A DNA stretch of 64,000 nt from Octopus sinensis (taxonomy: Eukaryota), in the NCBI RefSeq assembly GCF_006345805.1, contig NC_043013.1:17422001-17486000 (forward strand), read 5' to 3'. Shown here one piece after another: positions 1-11,199 of the stretch. Made by a program: the position numbers and the translations under genes. The notes beneath the pieces were generated by a model. The model made no database searches and was not told the DNA's origin. It saw only the letters and a program-made list of their open reading frames with translations. Positions within the stretch are counted from its first letter, which is position 1. Every line of letters starts with the position of its first letter.

Positions 1-650
1 ATATATATGTATATATATGTGTATATATATGTATATATATGTGTATATGTATGTATATGTATGTATATATGTGTATATGTATGTATATGTATGTATATAT
101 GTGTATATGTATGTATATGTGTTTATATATAAATGTATATTTGTGTATGTATATATGTGTGTGTATATTTGTGTATATATATATATGTGTGTATATTTGT
201 GTATATATATATGTATATATATATTTGTGTATATATATGCGCATAATGTGTATATATGAATGTGTGTATATATGTATATATATGAGCATAAATGTGTATA
301 TATATGCGCATATATGTACATATATATGTATTTATATGAGCATATGTGTATATATGAATATGTGTATATATGAACATGTATATATATGAATATGTATATA
401 TGTGTGTATATATGTATATCTGCATATGTGTATGTATAAGTGTGTGTGTATATATATATATATATATCTGCATATGTGTATGTATAAGTGTGTATATATA
501 TATATGCATATGTGTATGTATAAGTGTATATATATATATGCATATGTGTATGTATATGTGTATGTATAAGTGTATATATATATATGCATATGTGTATGTA
601 TATGTGTATATATATCTGTATATATATGGACATGTGTACGTATATGTATA
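1..650. repeat. Compound TA/TG micro- and minisatellite
   Basis: Almost only ATGT/AT/GT units; a 30 bp unit repeats over 31-120. Source of the Y/I/M/C-rich spurious ORFs. Confidence 0.95.
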
Positions 651-1041
651 TGTGATACCTAGAGTGTTAGTGATTGTGAATCCATCCAACTAAGGGATAA
701 TATCTTTTCCAATACACTGCTAGTTGAATACCCAATTATTGATACACAAGTGGGTTTTTTTTTGCATGCCAATTACAGTACTGAATGTAATAAACGGGTG
801 AGGGCAAAAAGTTAATTTACCCATAATTTATATAGAAAAAAAAAATGGAGGGGGGTTTCAAGAGATGGTATTCATCAACTTTTAGATATTATATTACATC
901 TATTTATTTTAAAAAAAATTATACTGATATACATGTATAACATTGTTTTATATATATAAAACGTATGTATGTATGAGTATGTATATAAATATCGTATATA
1001 TAAGATTATATATATAATAATATATACACGTATGTATGTGT

Positions 1042-1152
<111 letters not shown>

Positions 1153-1355
1153 TTGTATATATTGTGAGAGGAAGAGGAGTGTCTCATTGATTTGTGTGTT
1201 ATATATATATTTTGGATAATCATCGGTGTCTATAAAGATCTTCACTCGTTAACAAAATACCCAGCGTGCTGGGCGTTAACAGCTGTGTAGAAACCTGGGT
1301 GGGGTGATCTGAATGAAAGCTTAATGATATGAGGTTTATGACAGACTAAAGGTCA

Positions 1356-1708
1356 CTCTCTATTACTCTTTACTTGCTGAAGCACCATCTTTAGTCGGAC
1401 AAATGAACCCCAGGATTTATTCTTTGTAAGCCTAGTACTTATTCGAGGGTTTCTTTTTCCAAACACACCCCAAGCGATGATGGGGGGGACAAACACAGAC
1501 TCACCAACCACATAATCAAGCACACGTGTGTGTGTGTGTGTGGACGGCAGGTTTCTTTCAATTTCCGTCTTCCAAATCCACTCACAAGGCCTTGGTCGGC
1601 CCGAGACTATAGTAGAAGACACTTGCCCAAGGTGCCACGCGGTGGGATTGAACCCAGAACCATGTGGTTCGTAAGCAAGCTACTTACCACGCAGCCACTC
1701 CTGCGCCT
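1356..1708 (-). mobile_element. tRNA-headed SINE, family A (head AGGCGCAGGAGTGGCTG..., central CA/TA microsatellite)
   Basis: Aligns by eye with copies at 7805-8207, 23458-23881, 57425-57836 (all -) and 43627-44005 (+); A- and B-box-like motifs in the head. Confidence 0.9.
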
Positions 1709-2980
1709 ATTGTATATTTTTACCTACTTTGTTTTTTATTACGGCACACCAATGGACATACCGCCAAATTATCATGCCTGTTCGTTGCTGTGTGGATGTT
1801 ACTAGAATCATCTATGAAGCGAGTTCGTCTTTATAGTTACATCTGTGTGTTGGTTTTATTTTGTTTCTCTCCGAATTGGCATGTAGTAGCACTGAATATA
1901 TTTCTTACTCTATCACATCCGTAATACAGCTCTTTGTTTTGCATATCATTCATTAAAAGAGAACTGCGCTGTTTTCGGTTGATGTCAAATACCACTTTTG
2001 AAATTATGAACGATAAATAAAGACAATGTATTAAATGAAAAAAAAAAGTGTCTCTCCTATTTACAGCAAACCAATTTAATACCACTATTCGGCTGAATAC
2101 GCTCGTTAATTGGCGTCTCAAGCCAGCCTAATTAGTTTCCTCCCATCTTAATGTTTATGAAAATAAATATAAGATAAAAATACAAACTCGGGTTAACATA
2201 TCCCCCTGTCTAATGCGAAATCCCTGTCCTTGGTTACTTTTAGCGAAGTTCTATCTAATGCAATTATTTAAACTGAGTGTATACATTTGGTTCTTCCTGT
2301 CTGGTCATGTTTTTTTGCTTTTCTTCCAAAGACATTGATTTCTATATATTTAAACTACACATTGACCACAACACAAGAGGCTGGTCTGTAAAGGTCATGG
2401 CTACCGCATCCTCTTCTCATGAATAAGATAAAAATATATTCATTGAGGCACGGCTAAAACTTAACCTCCAAAATATATTTTTAAAAAGTATCTAATAAAG
2501 ATTAATTATATTGGCGAAAAAATGCTGAGTAGAATATTGCTATCAAATAACAAAGGAACTACATTAGCTTGCCAGTCAATTCTATAACTATGGCAATATG
2601 TACAAGATTATTGAAGAAATACATTCTTATTCATTAATTATTGAAGTTTATAATTTTTAATGCCATAGTTAACGTCGTCTGTGTTTTTGTAAATTTAGTC
2701 TTCTGTCTGTTGACAACAAAGAACTGCACTCCCCTTTTAACTTGTTGCACATTCTCTCCCAACATTTATGTATCTATCTACACACATAGATGCGTACGCA
2801 CGCTTGTATATTATGCATCTATGTGTCTCAGTTCTTCCGCCTCTTGTTGACACAGAAAAACCTGGTTCTATCTGACATCTTTAGAAAATTAGTTTGCAAG
2901 CTCCACCCTCCTCCATTGGTCATCATTTAGTTGTCTGCTATTTCTGACTGCTTTCCGTTACCAAATATACGACAGGTTCC

Positions 2981-3014
<34 letters not shown>

Positions 3015-3181
3015 CTTTGTTGCCGGAATGAACACATACAATGGAACTTGGAGGGGGCAAGATAAATCAGTTTCGAACCACCAATTAATTACGTATTGAA
3101 TTCTTCTCCCCCCGTGTCTTTAGCACACACGTCTTGTTATATATTGCACCGAAATATATATGTATGTGTGTGTGTGTGTGA

Positions 3182-3353
3182 CAATTATTTGGTAGCCATG
3201 ATAAAACTCCGAGTTTCGGATGCCGAGGTGGAAATCCACGCCGCCATCTCTTCAGTTACCCGGCCATTGGAGAAAAAAAAAAAAAAGATGGCGACATGGA
3301 TTTCCACCTCGGTATCCGAAACTCCGAGTTTTATCATGGCTATCAAATAATTG
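3182..3353. mobile_element. Palindromic MITE-like element
   Basis: 68 bp inverted arms (3182-3249 and 3286-3353) with 5 mismatches and a 36 nt spacer. Confidence 0.75.
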
Positions 3354-3600
3354 CCACATATTACATTTACAGATAAATTCATCTATTTACATAATATCGA
3401 GGTCTCTTTCATTCTTTTGTTGTCTTACCATTTTTATCAATATATATATATATATATATATAAGCAAAACTCACTAGACAAAGTAATCAGCACACAGATT
3501 AAAGAGGATATATAAATATATTTGTGTGTGTGTGTATATATTTCGTTTTGGGATTTGGTTTGCATGATTCTTTATATGAGTTCGTGTGTTGAAGCATATT

Positions 3601-3856
3601 CTGTTGTGTCTGGGGAGAGTCGCTCTCTTTTAGTGCCTTATAATTTAACACACTCACTGGTAAAATTTCCACTTATTTATTTTTATTTTTCTAAAATTTT
3701 CTTTGTGTCTTGCAAACTTTTCAATAGTTTTGACCCATAACTATTGAAAAGGCTGCAAAACGCACCGAAAGTTTTAGAAAAATAAAAATAATTTTACCGG
3801 TGAGTGTGTTAAATTATAAGGCACTAAAAGAGAATGACTCTCCCCAGACACAACAG
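3601..3856. mobile_element. MITE with about 66 bp TIRs (CTGTTGTGTCTGGGGAGAGTC...), plus a truncated adjacent copy at 3869-3893
   Basis: TIRs 3601-3667 and 3791-3856; right flank TA in a TA-rich run suggests a Tc1/mariner-type target. Confidence 0.85.
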
Positions 3857-4080
3857 TATACATATATACTGTTGTGTCTGGGGAGAGTCGCTCTATCTAT
3901 CTATCTATAGAGAGAGAGAGGTAAAAAAAAAAAAACAGTTAAACAAAAGAGGATGTTGTGAATGTATTATGTTGAAGCTCAGAGAAAGTTCAAGATGGAA
4001 AAACAGTGGGTATGACATTTCGAGCACAGCTCTTTGTCAGAAAGAAGAAAAAGTCCAAAGAGAAAGAATAGAATAGTCGT

Positions 4081-4110
<30 letters not shown>

Positions 4111-4112
<2 letters not shown>

Positions 4113-4445
4113 GAGTAATGGGCTCAGTGGTTAAGAGCGTCAGGCTCACAATCATGAGGTAGTGAGTTTGATTACCAGACTGGGCTGTGTTGCATCTTGG
4201 GCAAGACACTTTATTTCACTTTGATCCAGTTTACTCAGCTGTAAGAATGAGTTGCGATGTCACTGGTGCCAAGCTGTATTGGCCTTTGCCTTTCCCATGG
4301 ATAATATTGGTGGCGTTGAGAGGGGAGGCTGATATGCTTGGGCAGTTGCTGGTCTTCCATAAACAGCCTTGTCTGGACTTGCCTGGGAGGGGTACTTTCT
4401 AGATGCAATCCCATGGTCATTTATGACTGAAGAGGATCTTTATCC
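4111..4445 (+). mobile_element. tRNA-headed SINE, family D
   Basis: tRNA-like head GGGCTCAGTGGTTAAGAGCG...GAGTTTGATTACC, then TTGGGCAAGACACTT; a decayed relative lies at about 17040-17190. Confidence 0.75.
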
Positions 4446-4798
4446 TATATATAAAACGACTCTTAACAGAACTAGTTTCATTTCATTCTCTAGAGGTTTT
4501 TTGGAAAATTCCATAGAATAGGAAAATGAACTAGTTTTGTTAGTGATTGTGTGTGTGTAGATGCAGTATGACAAGACTGGTTTTGAAGTTTGCTTCACAG
4601 CTATGTGGCCCTGCGGTTGATATTATGTTGATCCATGTTCTGTGAGTGAAATTGGGTAGATGTAGCCTTGTAATACTGATTTTGTCTGAGAATTACTTGC
4701 ATGGGAAATGCTACAGCCACTTTACTCGTTAATTAAGGAGCTCAATTCATTATTGAATGACAGATGTACTACTGCTGCCTCCATGTATTGGCATTTAT

Positions 4799-4864
<66 letters not shown>

Positions 4865-4889
4865 CTTATATATATATATATATATATAG

Positions 4890-4930
<41 letters not shown>

Positions 4931-4934
<4 letters not shown>

Positions 4935-5102
4935 TCATCATCGTTTAGCGTCCGTTTTCCATGCTAGCATGGGTTGGACGGTTCTACTGGGGTCTGTGAA
5001 GCCAGAAGGCTTCATCAGGCCCAGTCAAATCTGGCAGTGTTTCTATGGCTGGATGCCCTTCCTAACGCCAACCACTCCGTGAGTGTAGTGGGTGCTTTTT
5101 AC
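4931..5102 (-). mobile_element. RTE-tailed SINE or LINE 3' fragment, family B ((GAT)n tail)
   Basis: CATCATCATCGTTTA...GGATGCCCTTCCTAACGCCAACC; related copies at about 6005, 20065, 21540, 22585, 25975, 33220, 36585 and 62826 (-) and 25740, 37250, 41990 and 46209 (+). Confidence 0.85.
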
Positions 5103-7804
5103 AAGCTTATATATATATATAAGCTTATATATATATATGTATATATATATATAAGCTTATAAGCTAGGGTAGCTGTGTGGTAACAAGTTTGTTTCCTAAC
5201 CGCATAGTTCTGAGTTCAGTCCCACTGCATGTCATTTTGGGCAAATGTCTTCTATCACCTCAAGTCGACCAAAGCCTTGTGATTGAATTTGGTTGACAGA
5301 AAATGAAATAAGACCATTGTGTGTGTGTATGAGCCAGACAACTGTGCCAAGCCTCAGTGTCTTCTTTGGGATGGTCTCTATGGCAGGATACATTTCCTAA
5401 TGGCACACGTAATGTGTGTGTGTCTGTAATCAATCATTATGTGAACTTCACTGTTTAATTGTATATGGGGTTTGTTCTGTTTATGTTCTATTACAATTAA
5501 AAAGTTCAGATAAAATAAAACCTTCAATTGATTATTACAATTGACACTATTTGATTTGCAGTATTTATATATTCTAGTAGAACCATCTACTTTTTTGTGG
5601 TACTTATTATTTTTTTTTTTTAATAGTCCTCTGCTCACTGGTGACCTTCACTTCCAATTATAGAAGTCATGGAGGGTGGTCGAGCTGTTATCACAACATG
5701 TGATGACACAAAATGAATTAAAAAAATGTTAAAACGCCAGAGTTTGGTGGCCTCATTGTGCTAAATATAATTATTTTGTTTGTGTTTATCTGTGGGTTTA
5801 ACATCTAGATATTTTTTTTTAATTTTTGACTCTTTGGTTCAGATGATAATCTATCGGATTATGCTTTTTTATGAAACCAACAAAAATAAGCTTTCTTCCT
5901 CAATAAGTATCAGTTGTTGTGAGATTGCGTTAATAATTGTGGTATTACGTAATAGGTGAGTTTTTTCCATTATTTAGGCTAGGAGTTGATCTGTATCATT
6001 AGTTGTCATCATCATCGTTTAACGTCTGCTTTCCATGCTAGCATGGGTAAGATGGTTTGACTGAGGGCTGGCGAACCAGATGGCTGCACCAGGCTCCAGT
6101 CTTGATCTGGCAGAGTTTCTACAGCTGGATGCCCTTCCTAACGCCAACCACTCTGAGAGTGTAGTGGGTGCTACACTCTCGGAGTGTAGAATAAAGTATT
6201 TAGTATTCCTTACAGCACAAGTTATATACTGGATGGCAATCTAATTGTAAGAAATCATGACTATTGGTTTCAAATTATGGTACAAGGCCAGCAATTTTCC
6301 AGGAAGAGGGCTACCCTGAAAGGATGAAAGGCAAAGTTGACCACGGCACAATTTGAACTGAGAATGTAATGATGGACGAAATCTCACCAAGCAGTTTGCC
6401 TGACATGTTAACAATTCTGCCAGCTCACTGCTTTGCGATTGACTGATAAAACAGCAATACAAAGGTTGATAGAAGTGATTTTTTTTTTTTCATTAAGCCT
6501 CCAAGAGGTTGGTTTTGTACCAGGATACAAAAATCCTGTTGAGATCAGTTTAGCCTTTCATTCTTTCGGGGTTGATAAAGTACCAGTCAAATACTGGGTA
6601 AATGTAAATGGCTTGCCCCTCCCCTCAAAATTGCTGAAAGAATTATTACTGTTATTGAGGGTAATAAACTCCTAAAATATTTGTGACATTGTATTTATTT
6701 TTATCGACCTCCCCACCACCCTCCGTTGTTATCAATTAATTTGTAGCAAATATATTTTTAATGAGTTTGTTCGTCCTTCCTTGTGTAGGTTAAAATAAGT
6801 ATTAGTCAGATAAATTAAATACAAATGAAATACTGGAGTCAACGTAATCAACTAGTCCCCTCCCTGAAATTTCAGGCTTTGTACCTTTAGTAGAAAGGAT
6901 TATTATTAAGGTGAGCTGGTAGAATTGTTAGTATGCCATGTAAAATGCTTGACATTTCATCGCTCTTTACATTGTGAGTTAAAATTCCACTGAGGTCGAT
7001 TTTCATCCTTTCAGGGTTGATTTTCCTGAATTTTCTGACCTTGTGCCAAAATTTGAAATCATCATTATTATTATCATTATTAACTTTTCTTTCCGCTCAT
7101 TATGTTCCAAGTTTAAATTTTGCCAAGATCAATAAAAAAAAACTAGTAGCTGAGCATTAATCAATTTAATCGACTAACCTGTTTCTCGAAATTTCAGGGC
7201 ATGTGCCTATAGTAGAATTATTTTTAGGAGGAGGGCAGTGGATTGATATAATCTTTAGAGGCCTTAAGACAAAAAAAAAAAAAGCTTTGCAGTATTTGTT
7301 CTGGTTTTTTACATTTTAAGTTCAAGCCCTGTCACAGCTCTAGAGTTGGTAAAATTGCTCTAGAGTTGGTAAAATTGCTCTAGAGTTGGTAAAATAAAAT
7401 ACTTTCCATATACTGAGTCTATGTAATTGACTAATCCCTACTCCTAAAATTGCTGGCCATGTGCCAAAATTAGAAAGAATTATAAGGCAACAAGTTAACA
7501 AAATCATTAGAATATTGGATAAAATATTTAGCATCATTTCTTCTGGCTGTTTACATTTTTAGCTCAGATTCCCCTGTGGTCTATTTTGCCTTTCACCCTT
7601 TCAGGGTTGATAAAATGAGTACCAGTTGAGCATTGGGGTCAGTGTAACTGACTAACCCATCTTCTCCAAAATTGCTGGCCTTGTGCCAAAATTTGAAGCC
7701 ATTATCATTCAAATATACTTGATTTCCCTAGAGATGGTTGCTATTACATGGGAGATAATTTCTTCATAATATGAAATAGGATTAGAAAGTTGAAATTAAG
7801 GGAT

Positions 7805-8016
7805 TCTCTTTTACTTGTTTCAGTTATGTGACTGTGACCATACTGGAGCACCGCTTTTTTCAAGCAAATTGACCCCAGGACTTATTCTTTGTAAACCTAG
7901 TACTTATTCTATCGGTCTCTTTTGCTGAAAGTTACGGGGGACGTAAACACACCAGCATCGGTTGTTAAGCGATGTTGGGGGGACAAACACAGACACAAAC
8001 ATATACACATGCATAC

Positions 8017-8059
<43 letters not shown>

Positions 8060-8207
8060 CATACATACATGCATATATACAATGGGCTTCTTTCAGTTTC
8101 CATCTACCAAATCCACTCACAAGGCTTTGGTCGGCCCGAGGCTATAGTAGAAGACACTTGCCCAAGGTGCCATGCAGTGGGACTGAACCCGGAGCTATGT
8201 GGTTCAT
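7805..8207 (-). mobile_element. SINE family A copy, 5' truncated
   Basis: Same body as 23458-23881, with a central (TA/CATA)n run. Confidence 0.9.
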
Positions 8208-8658
8208 AGAAAAGTTGCATAGAATTCTCATTTTATTTTTATTTATTTTTACGTATTTCAAAATTTCTAGATGGTGGTAATCATGTATAGCACTATTTCA
8301 TTCTTTTTAGAAATCATCAGCATCTCTCCCTCTGTTTTCAGGTGGGCAATCCATGTATTCATCTCTTCAGCAAGACACCTGCTCCTTGTTTATTTATCCT
8401 AGTTTCTTATCTCTCCGTTCTATACCTCACTCAGTTGAAGGCTGAAATTCATTTTTTTGTCTTTTCTTCATAGAACATTAATAGTTTAGGAATCAAGAGA
8501 AAAAATATTCTTATTATAGTATTGGTCTAGTACAAATGTCAGTTTGATTTCTACTATTATTTGATTTGTAGATGTGTTCTGGTTACAAATTGAATTCAAA
8601 TCTCACCAAAATCCATCTCTACTCTTCATCCTTCCAGAATAGAGATACTGAAATACCA

Positions 8659-8871
8659 CATTATTTACATTTGACGGATATTTGTCCTCATCTTGTTTGT
8701 TGTTAACACGTTTCAGCTGATATACCCTCCAGCCTTCATCAGGTGTCTTGGGGAAATTTCGAACCTGGGTTCTCATTCCCAAGGTATTTTTCAGTGTTGT
8801 TGTTGTTGTTATTATTATTATTATTAAGGTCACTGCCTGGAATTGAACTCAGAATCTCTTAATTATAGAAC
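8659..8871 (-). mobile_element. Short retroposon with B-box-like head, (AAT/AAC)n linker and hammerhead-like tail
   Basis: Flanked by a perfect 13 bp direct repeat TACTGAAATACCA (8646-8658 and 8872-8884); minus strand contains GAGTTCAATTCC and CTGATGA-stem-GAAAC. Confidence 0.8.
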
Positions 8872-9594
8872 TACTGAAATACCAGTTCTTTAAAAAGGAT
8901 ACATTTCAGCAACTGTACCTCTCCTAGTAGTTTTGTTTTATGTCAGAAACTCATTGGATTGTTGACTGCTGGATCTGTAGTGTAATAAATGTGTTGAATT
9001 CAAGTCCTGCTGGTACCAACTTTGCTTTTTATCCTTTAGATATAATAATAGCCAAATACCAAGGTTAATTTAATCATATATCCTGTTCCAATACTTCTGC
9101 CTTGGAGCTTATTTTTTAAATTATCGTTCACAAATCTTACCAAATAGACTGATTGATACCTTAATCACTAACATGTACAGTGTAATGCAACTTCACTGTA
9201 TGTGGTTAGGTTTACTTTCAAGAAGTTAATGTTTATATTGTGATTGAGCCCCCACCAAAAAAAAAAAAAAATAACATATCACCACACCACACTGAGAGTA
9301 ATAGATTGGCAAGTTTAAAATATCTCAATCTTTTAAGCACCCAAGGGAAATATTTTGTTAAAATGGTATGAACGTGAGACAAACAACAATATAACTGGAT
9401 CATCTTACAATATAAAGTGCCACAGGGTTGGTAGAGACAGTTGGCTTCTCATTTGCAATGTCTGTCTTATATATGGTATAAGCCATACCTGCTATTGGCT
9501 GAAGGCTTGGCCAATGTGATCAAACATTATTTACAATGACTAGCACAAATGAATCTAGTGACTTGGTTATGAGCAGTGATGCTACAGTATTTAA

Positions 9595-9815
9595 CCCTTT
9601 TGTTACTGTTTTTATTTTGAGATGCTCTGTGTTTCTTTTAATTAATTTTAAATATAACAAAGAATTTAATAAAATAACTTAGTTATCATTCAGCTAGTGT
9701 TAGGAACATAAATTGTGTCTAAGGTTTGGTGGAAGATTTTAATTCAAAACTTTTGCAAACAAGACATTTGTATTTAGAGCCAGAGCCGGCTTCAGCTGGA
9801 TTGGTAATGAAAGGG
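9595..9815. mobile_element. piggyBac-type MITE
   Basis: TTAA|CCCTTT...AAAGGG|TTAA (TSD 9591-9594 and 9816-9819); related copy at 63127-63337. Confidence 0.8.
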
Positions 9816-11199
9816 TTAAATATTTTTTTCTAAACCACTAGGCCTGTTGTAAATAGGAGGACTATAGCTAAATGTATCGTCTGTGTGTCATTGCTAATTG
9901 CGGGTGAATGGAAAAGTAGATAATGTTGAGTTTTGAAATGGAACTCTAAGAGTAGAGAAACTGCATATCATCTATGTCTATATATAGTTTGGAATTTGAA
10001 CTTGGAAAGAAATTGCTCCTAAACCAGAGGTCTTAAGTACCAAGTATAAATCTGAATAAGGCTTGGAGGGGAACTGTGTAAGCCACCCTTATGGTTCTAC
10101 TGTTTGTTTCATTTTACTTGTTGAGTTTGGAGTAAGGGAACATGGCTGCAACCTTTGCAAGCCTTTCAAGATGAGTAGGATTGATGCCACTGTTTATATG
10201 TCAATGTTTTGCAAGTCACTATCTCTAGGAAGATATGAACAGGGAGAAGATTCTAAGGGGCTGATGAACTCAGAAAATAAAGGGCTGGAAAAACTGTTGC
10301 CAAGCATTTTGTCTGGCATACTAATGATTCTACCAGCCAACTACCTTAATAAATAATAAAAACGATAAAAAATGTATTATAAATCCTTAAAATAGTAGCA
10401 CCAACAAATTTGGTTGACATAAATCAGTTGGACTCATTTGATGCCTATCATGACAGATAACTGTTTTACCATTATTTAAAAAGAATTGGCTAGACTTTAA
10501 ACCCAGCGGGTAGTGTTGTTTAACAGCATAATCCCACTGGTCTTTAGGGGATTCATTAAAAAAGTTTACTGGGGGCAAGTAAACTCTCGGCTTGTCCCCA
10601 ATAATTCTTTGACTGTTCAAATATCATCTTTACCTCCAAGAAGAGACCATGATAACTATTAAATAGTCATAAGGATTGGTTGGTTAATGTGAGTTTCGGT
10701 TCAGCATCATCTACTGTTTTAGCAAACAAGGATTAACAACAGTGGTGGTTGCATGGTGCTGGTGGTTTAGTTTCAGGTTAAACCTGATCGAACAGACTTA
10801 TACTCAAAGACGTTCTAACTATGACCATCCTGTCTTTTATTCAAACATAGTATATATCTACAACTACATTATCCATTTTAAACATGGTAGGTTACCATTC
10901 GAGAGGGATTTGGCTGCAATTTCTAGTAGGTCGGTCTAGTGACTGTGTGATGTGTGTGGCGCTCCAGGTTATTGACTCTGTGTGGAAGGTGGACTTATGT
11001 TGTTTTTTACATAGGCACAAGACCACAAATTTGGGGCAAGATCACTGACGTCTACCAAAGACTCTTACTGTATCACTACCACAATTGAAAACCAAGTCAA
11101 CCTTGATTGAATTAAAGATTTCTAACATAGATGGCAGGGCACAAAATTTGGGATGCGGTTAAGTTGATTTCATTCATCCTAGTACATGTCTGGTACCTT

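Noticed and set aside
7337-7395. Direct repeats that might suggest CRISPR
   Set aside because: No spacers, eukaryotic context, no cas genes. The 32 bp-period pair at 28251-28312 and the roughly 64 bp duplication at about 61744-61845 are likewise simple tandem duplications.
9362-9530. Short frame with LLICNVC...HTC resembling a PHD finger
   Set aside because: Cys/His spacing is wrong, the first CxxC is missing, and there are no convincing splice sites
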